Shown in pieces: positions 27,312-32,000 of a DNA stretch of 32,000 bases. The stretch comes from a bacterium (GTDB lineage Bacteria > UBP7 > UBA6624 > JBBIMK01). Under the pieces are notes generated by a model. The model was given only the letters and a program-made list of their open reading frames with translations, ran no database searches and had not been told where the DNA came from. Positions within the stretch are counted from its first letter, which is position 1. Each line of letters opens with the position of its first letter. The stretch covers positions 37,497 through 69,496 of the forward strand of contig JBBIMK010000008.1 of NCBI GenBank assembly GCA_037444445.1, read 5' to 3'. A program made the position numbers and the translations under genes.

Positions 27312-28014
27312 CTTTACCCTCCGATGCTTTGGCTGCGGCGGCGGCCTTCTTCGCAGCCTCTGCTTCCAGATTCTTGTTCCGGGGGCGTCCGTCCGGGTAG
27401 ATGGCATCTTCAAAAATCATCATCTGTGGCAGGGAAATGACATTGGGGCGGTAGGGTTCGTGCTCGTAAGCGTCATTCCGCCAGGGGCTTGCCAGTTCCA
27501 CATCTCTGACCATTTTAATGGCATCCTCCGGGCAAATATCCACGCACAGCCCGCAGAAGATGCAGGCGATCAGGTTCACGGTGAATTTGGCGGGCCTCCG
27601 CTCCTCACCCTTTCCCACACCGAAAACATCTATCACACTGGTGGGGCAAATTTTGGCGCAGAGGGTGCACCCATCACACCGAATCCGCCCCGTATCCTCC
27701 TCCACCACCAGATAATGCCGTCCGCGGTAATACGGAGCCAGGGCTGACCTCTGGAACGGATACTGAATGGTTACCTTCGGCTTGAACAAGTAGCCCAGCG
27801 TCACGAGATGGCCTGCAAAAAGGGCTCTCGCCACCCGAAAAAAGGCTCGGAGCCAGCGGTATAATTTTCGCATCCCCCAGACCACTCCCGCCAGAAGAAC
27901 GAAAAACCCCAGAAGAACATCCACATACAGACTGAAAAGGAAGGCGGTAAATCTGTATAATATCCTGCCTGTTTTCTGGATAAATAAGTTCCATCTATCT
28001 TCCAGTTTTCCCAT
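27295..28014 (-). CDS. nuoI: NADH-quinone oxidoreductase subunit I (2x[4Fe-4S]) with an N-terminal TM extension and an Ala/Lys-rich C-terminal tail
   Basis: It has two ferredoxin motifs (CDGCTLCAKICP and CIFCGLCVDICP) and the conserved KPKVTIQYPF...YRGRH lead-in. I chose the ATG at 28014 because AAGGAG lies 8 nt upstream. Confidence 0.9.
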   Translation of the reverse strand: MGKLEDRWNLFIQKTGRILYRFTAFLFSLYVDVLLGFFVLLAGVVWGMRKLYRWLRAFFRVARALFAGHLVTLGYLFKPKVTIQYPFQRSALAPYYRGRHYLVVEEDTGRIRCDGCTLCAKICPTSVIDVFGVGKGEERRPAKFTVNLIACIFCGLCVDICPEDAIKMVRDVELASPWRNDAYEHEPYRPNVISLPQMMIFEDAIYPDGRPRNKNLEAEAAKKAAAAAKASEGKVASHA

Positions 28015-28030
28015 TGATTTCACTCCTTAA

Positions 28031-29125
28031 TCAGGTTGGGTAAAATAGATTCCATACAATTCCTTCCAATCCCGCAATCACCAGGTTGAGCATAGAAAGG
28101 GGGAGGAGAATCTTCCAGGCGAATCCCATTAACTGGTCTACCCGAAAGCGGGGTAAAGTAGCCCGAACCCAGAAGAGCAAGAAAATGCAGGCGGAGACCT
28201 TCAAGAAGAACCAGAACATAGAATTGAAAAGAAGCAAAGTGGGAAGAAAGGATTTCTCAAGCCCCATATTGGCAAGAACCTGGGTGGTCAGGTTCAGGAG
28301 TGCCTGACTCAGGGGCAAGGGCAAGGGGCTCAGCCACCCACCCAGGTAAAATGCTGTCACGAAGGCAGAAACGATGAACACACTCAAATATTCTGCGGCG
28401 AAAAAGAGCCCGAACCGAATGCCAGAATATTCCGTGGTGAAGCCTGCCACCAGTTCTGACTCTGCCTCTGGTAAATCAAAAGGCGTCCGATTCGTTTCCG
28501 CTATCCCGGTAATCAGAAAAATGAGGAAGCCTAAGAACTGAGGAACAATGAACCAGATGACCTGTTGCTTTTCAATAATTTCGGATACCCGCAAAGAGCC
28601 TGCCAGGGCGGCCACCCCCAGAAGAGCGAAGCCCATGGGCAATTCATAACTCACCAGTTGAGCAATGGACCGCATGGCTCCATAAAGAGAATACTTGTTA
28701 TTGGAGGCCCAGCCCGCCATAAAAATCCCAATCACCGTCAGAGAGGAGACAGCAATCAGGTAGACCAGCCCGATATGCAAATCCCCGGCGATGAGACCTT
28801 TCCCGAATGGCACAATCACGAGGGAAAGGATACCCGAAGTGAATACCACATAAGGAGCGGCACGAAAAAGCACGGCATCTGCCCGAAGGGGAACAATATC
28901 TTCTTTCTGGAGCAATTTCATCAGGTCGGCAATCGGCTGGAGAAGGCCGTATCTGCCCACGCGATTAGGACCGATTCGGGACTGGATGGCGGCAAGAACC
29001 TTCCGCTCAAAATAAGTCAGATAAGCGGCTATTCCACCCGCCACGCCGGATATGATAACAAAAATAATTAGGTATTGAAGCAAAGGAGGAAAGGTTTTCC
29101 AGTATGTTTGCAGGGTTTGTATCAT
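28031..29125 (-). CDS. nuoH: NADH-quinone oxidoreductase subunit H
   Basis: NuoH/ND1 motifs are present (YFERKVLAAIQSRIGPNRVG, GLLQPIADLMKLL, GWASNNKYSLYGAMRSIAQLVSYELP, ETNRTPFDLPEAESELVAGF). The ATG at 29125 overlaps the nuoD stop (ATGA). Confidence 0.9.
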   Translation of the reverse strand: MIQTLQTYWKTFPPLLQYLIIFVIISGVAGGIAAYLTYFERKVLAAIQSRIGPNRVGRYGLLQPIADLMKLLQKEDIVPLRADAVLFRAAPYVVFTSGILSLVIVPFGKGLIAGDLHIGLVYLIAVSSLTVIGIFMAGWASNNKYSLYGAMRSIAQLVSYELPMGFALLGVAALAGSLRVSEIIEKQQVIWFIVPQFLGFLIFLITGIAETNRTPFDLPEAESELVAGFTTEYSGIRFGLFFAAEYLSVFIVSAFVTAFYLGGWLSPLPLPLSQALLNLTTQVLANMGLEKSFLPTLLLFNSMFWFFLKVSACIFLLFWVRATLPRFRVDQLMGFAWKILLPLSMLNLVIAGLEGIVWNLFYPT

Positions 29126-30243
29126 CGGTCTACATCCCCGAATACAGGGTCCAGACTGCCCAGGATAGCCACGCAATCTGCGATTTTCATCCCCTTCACC
29201 AGTTCAGGAACGACACAGAGATTGCAAAAGGAAGCGGCACGAATTTTCAACCGATAGGGTTTTGAGGTTCCATCGCTCACCAGATAGATTCCATATTCCC
29301 CTCGGGCATTTTCTATGGCGGAATATACCTCTCCCTTAGGCACTTTGAAAAACCAGGGAACCTTTGCATTGGTAGGACCTTCGGGTAGCCCATCTAAAGC
29401 CTGCTGAACAATTTTTACACTCTCGTGCATCTCCTTCATACGAACCCTGTAACGGGCATAGCAGTCGCCTTCCGTAGCCACAGCTACCTCAAAGTCAAAA
29501 TCCGAATAGGACGAATAAGGCTGGTTCTTTCGCAAGTCATAGTTCACACCGGAAGCCCGGAGCACCGGTCCACAGGTTCCGTAAGAAATGGCTTTCTCGC
29601 GAGTTAAGATTCCTATGCGTCGGGTTCGCATTTGAAAGATGTCATTATTCCCCAGGAGGTTCTGATACTCATCCAATTTTGAGGGGAAGGTTTGAAGAAA
29701 TTCTCGGCAACGGGGATAAAATTCAGGCAGAAGGTCATCCCGCACTCCGCCGAACTGAATATAATTGTAAGTTAAGCGGGCACCGCTCATCATTTCTAAC
29801 AGTTTGAGAATCTCTTCTCTCTCCCGGAAGCAATACAGGAAAGGAGTCATCACGCCCAGGTCTAATCCCCAGGTTCCCAGCCACACCAGATGGCTGGCAA
29901 TACGATTCAGTTCCACAGCAATCACCCGAAGGTATTGCCCGCGTTTCGGCACTTCAATGCCTGCCAGTTTTTCCACTGCCAGGCAAACGCCCAGATTTCC
30001 GCCCATCGCCGCCAGGTAATCCGTTCGGTCCGTGTATGGCACAATCTGGAAATACATCCGGTTCTCTGCTATCTTTTCCGTCCCCCGATGAAGATACCCA
30101 ATCACAGGCTTGCATTCCGTAATGACCTCTCCATCTAATTTCAAAAGCATCCGGAAAACACCATGAGTGCTGGGATGTTGTGGCCCCATATTCAACCATA
30201 CCTGGTCAGTCTCCTCTTCTCTAACAATCTCCAACGGGCTCAC
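29122..30243 (-). CDS. nuoD: NADH-quinone oxidoreductase subunit D (49-kDa subunit)
   Basis: [34 protein letters not shown] and the C-terminal [14 protein letters not shown] are hallmark NuoD motifs. Confidence 0.92.
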   Translation of the reverse strand: MSPLEIVREEETDQVWLNMGPQHPSTHGVFRMLLKLDGEVITECKPVIGYLHRGTEKIAENRMYFQIVPYTDRTDYLAAMGGNLGVCLAVEKLAGIEVPKRGQYLRVIAVELNRIASHLVWLGTWGLDLGVMTPFLYCFREREEILKLLEMMSGARLTYNYIQFGGVRDDLLPEFYPRCREFLQTFPSKLDEYQNLLGNNDIFQMRTRRIGILTREKAISYGTCGPVLRASGVNYDLRKNQPYSSYSDFDFEVAVATEGDCYARYRVRMKEMHESVKIVQQALDGLPEGPTNAKVPWFFKVPKGEVYSAIENARGEYGIYLVSDGTSKPYRLKIRAASFCNLCVVPELVKGMKIADCVAILGSLDPVFGDVDR

Positions 30244-30776
30244 TTCTTCTCACCCCCCGCTTCCTTTGCCAGTTTCTTGTATTTCTCTGCGAGGTCATCC
30301 CAGCGGAGAGGAGTTTCCTTCAGCGGACCCTGGATGGGATAATCTTTTCGGAGTGGATGCCCCTCCCAGTCATCGGGTAATAAAATCCGGGTTAGATTGG
30401 GGTGTCCGATGAACTCAATGCCGAAAAGGTCATACACTTCTCGCTCGAGCCAGTTCGCAGAATTCCAGAGGTTACTCACTGTAGTTACAACCGGATATTC
30501 CCGGCTAACTTTGGTTTTCAGAACCAAACGAAAATCGTGAGAAAAAGAATAGAGGACATAGACCATTTCAAAGAAAGTGATGTAATCTACTGCGGTGAGG
30601 TTACGAAGGTAATCAAAAGTCAGTTCCGGGTCGGTGGATAGAATTTTTGCCACTTCCGGGAGGGTGGACCGGCTGACAGAAATCACGACATCACCAAAGT
30701 TAAGGGAGGGTTCGCCCTCCAGATATGAGCCGATTTTCGCCCTGAGTAAATCGATCAGGGTGGAGGAGTTATCCAA
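30240..30776 (-). CDS. nuoC: NADH-quinone oxidoreductase subunit C (30-kDa subunit)
   Basis: 178 aa with NuoC motifs ([40 protein letters not shown]). It is separate from nuoD (4-nt overlap). Confidence 0.9.
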   Translation of the reverse strand: MDNSSTLIDLLRAKIGSYLEGEPSLNFGDVVISVSRSTLPEVAKILSTDPELTFDYLRNLTAVDYITFFEMVYVLYSFSHDFRLVLKTKVSREYPVVTTVSNLWNSANWLEREVYDLFGIEFIGHPNLTRILLPDDWEGHPLRKDYPIQGPLKETPLRWDDLAEKYKKLAKEAGGEKK

Positions 30777-31260
30777 TCCCGACCCTCCTCAGTCGGGACT
30801 TCTGGGTGGCAATTTTTTGCTGGAGTTGTATCAGCCCATAAATCAGGGCTTCAGGACGCGGTGAGCACCCGGGCACATACACATCCACGGGAATCACTTT
30901 ATCCACGCCGTTCAGGACGGAATAGACATCCAGGTAAGGGCCGCCGGAGGAAGAGCAAGCGCCCATAGCAATCACATACTTGGGCTCTGCCATCTGGTCA
31001 TATAACCGCTTCACCAGAGGCGCCATCTTATAGGTCACAGTTCCCGACACAATCATCACATCCGCCTGACGGGGAGAGGCGCGAAAAATCATTCCCAGGC
31101 GGTCTATATCATAATTACTCGCCGCCGTAGCCATCATCTCTATGGCGCAGCAAGCCAGGCCGAAACCCAAAGGCCAGAGAGAAGATTTTTGCCCCCATTT
31201 CACCAGGTCTTCAAGCCTTGCTAAATATATCCCCTCCGTAAAGGGTCCGGTTACTGCCAT
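30769..31260 (-). CDS. nuoB: NADH-quinone oxidoreductase subunit B (20-kDa, N2 cluster)
   Basis: [40 protein letters not shown] and [13 protein letters not shown] together give the canonical four-Cys NuoB pattern. Confidence 0.92.
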   Translation of the reverse strand: MAVTGPFTEGIYLARLEDLVKWGQKSSLWPLGFGLACCAIEMMATAASNYDIDRLGMIFRASPRQADVMIVSGTVTYKMAPLVKRLYDQMAEPKYVIAMGACSSSGGPYLDVYSVLNGVDKVIPVDVYVPGCSPRPEALIYGLIQLQQKIATQKSRLRRVGIG

Positions 31261-31616
31261 TTTAATACCCCCTTCTGATACGCATAAAGCCAGCCTATGA
31301 AAAGAATGACAAGAAAAATCACCATCTCCCAGAAAGCGGGCCAGTGCATGATTTTGTATAAATCACGAAAGGCATTTGCCCAGGGGAAGAAAAAGATGGC
31401 TTCCACCTCAAAAAGCACGAACAGAATAGCATAGATGTAAAACCGAAAGTTAAAGCGAACCTGGGCATCTCCGATGGGAACCTCTCCACACTCATAGGGA
31501 GAAAGTTTCGTAGGAGCAGGATGTTTGGGGCTGATGAACCACTGGACGAGAAAAAGAAGCCCAACCACCGCCACAGCCCCGAATAAAAATACCGACACTA
31601 CTGCATAATCAGCCAT
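31251..31616 (-). CDS. nuoA: NADH-quinone oxidoreductase subunit A
   Basis: 121 aa with 3 TM and NuoA motifs ([30 protein letters not shown]). It is the first gene of the operon and overlaps nuoB by 10 nt. Confidence 0.88.
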   Translation of the reverse strand: MADYAVVSVFLFGAVAVVGLLFLVQWFISPKHPAPTKLSPYECGEVPIGDAQVRFNFRFYIYAILFVLFEVEAIFFFPWANAFRDLYKIMHWPAFWEMVIFLVILFIGWLYAYQKGVLKWQ

Positions 31617-31655
31617 CGCAACCCTGTCTGCCTCCTTTTCCTCACCACTTAAAGA

Positions 31656-31684
31656 ATGTTACCAGCCCAAACCTGGTCTGTCAA
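31656..31684 (-). promoter_or_regulatory. Candidate nuo operon promoter (TTGACA-17-TAACAT)
   Basis: The reverse complement of 31656-31684 reads TTGACA gaccaggtttgggctgg TAACAT. It lies about 40 nt upstream of the nuoA ATG, which is preceded by AAAGGAGG. Confidence 0.45.
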
Positions 31685-31766
31685 TCACACTGGACTTTCC
31701 AAAATTTCTCGGTAAAATTTATAGTGTAGCAGACAAGGATGACAAAAATGTGGGAGGGATAAAAAT

Positions 31767-32000
31767 ATGAAGAAAAAGTTCATAGGGCGTTCCTTCCTTC
31801 CGTATCCTCTGGGCTATTTCGCTTCTTTTCGTAGTCTTCCTCTTGCCTGAAATTCTCACATCCTGCGGCGGTGGTTCACCCCCACCCACCCCACCATCCA
31901 CGGGCATCACACCTCCCTCGCCTCCCACACTGCCTGTCAGCCCGCCTTCTATTTCTTCAGCCATCGGTGGCGGTTCACCCGGTGCGGGTGGCATTGGCGA
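31767..32000 (+). CDS. Putative Pro-rich lipoprotein, 5' end, with an apparent +1 frame disruption (partial at the right edge)
   Basis: The ATG at 31767 (SD GGGAGGGA upstream) encodes MKKKFIGRSFLP... and stops at about 31850. The +1 frame from about 31786 is open to the window end and encodes ...RILWAISLLFVVFLLPEILTSCGGGSPPPTPPSTGITPPSPPTLPVSPP. That is a hydrophobic core plus an L-T-S-C lipobox, but it has no start codon of its own. Confidence 0.35.

Noticed and set aside
27301-27747. 148-aa plus-strand ORF and a 106-aa minus off-frame ORF inside nuoI.
   Set aside because: Both are nested in a gene with two canonical 4Fe-4S motifs. They have Gly/Pro/Arg-rich shadow composition.
31719-31994. 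91-aa minus-strand ORF (MPPAPGEPPPMAEEIEGG...).
   Set aside because: It is a Gly/Pro-rich antisense shadow of the plus-strand Pro-rich lipoprotein linker. The plus strand carries a lipobox and signal-peptide logic.
1-32000. CRISPR arrays, IS elements, integrases, prophage genes, rRNA.
   Set aside because: I saw no regularly spaced repeats, no transposase- or integrase-like ORFs, no terminal inverted repeats and no rRNA-like sequence. The only notable repeat is the 18/24-nt junction repeat reported as a finding.

Overview
A 32-kb bacterial chromosomal window, about 50% GC, with strong GGAGGTGA-type Shine-Dalgarno sites and many overlapping stop/start junctions. The presence of a TolC-like outer-membrane factor suggests a diderm. 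I cannot assign a taxon from the sequence alone. Layout from left to right: (1) Minus strand: an array of five tRNA genes (Pro-Arg-Arg-Lys-Gly) reads into tig and clpP, and clpP runs off the left edge. (2) Plus strand: a small Gly-rich membrane protein and a divergent ArsA/Get3-like ATPase. (3) An ORF-poor, pyrimidine-rich tract of about 800 nt that contains a near-consensus extended -10 promoter and two 8-bp hairpins. (4) A 12.6-kb co-directional plus-strand block. It starts with cusC-cusB-cusA (heavy-metal RND efflux with Met-rich CusB). A tightly coupled accessory module follows: five YHS/TRASH metal-binding domains (three small proteins, a PII-YHS fusion and a TRASH-JAMM/MPN+ fusion), a Met/His-rich Spy/CpxP-like periplasmic protein, a small membrane protein, a membrane polyferredoxin (NapH/CcoG-like) with a periplasmic N-terminal domain, a small anchored protein, an orphan b6-type cytochrome b, and a membrane-anchored CYCxC-motif protein. 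(5) Minus strand: a USP-USP-glucosyl-3-phosphoglycerate synthase fusion plus a histidine phosphatase (likely GpgP). (6) Plus strand: a large secreted Zn-metalloprotease. (7) Minus strand: nuoA-B-C-D-H-I-J-K-L-M, with no nuoEFG and no nuoN. (8) The start of a Pro-rich lipoprotein gene with an apparent frame disruption at the right edge. I saw no CRISPR array, transposase, integrase or rRNA. The best candidate for an undescribed system is the YHS/TRASH-rich accessory and redox module appended to cusCBA (10.5-17.3 kb), especially the TRASH-JAMM and PII-YHS fusions. All functional calls rest on motifs I recognised by eye. No database search was run.
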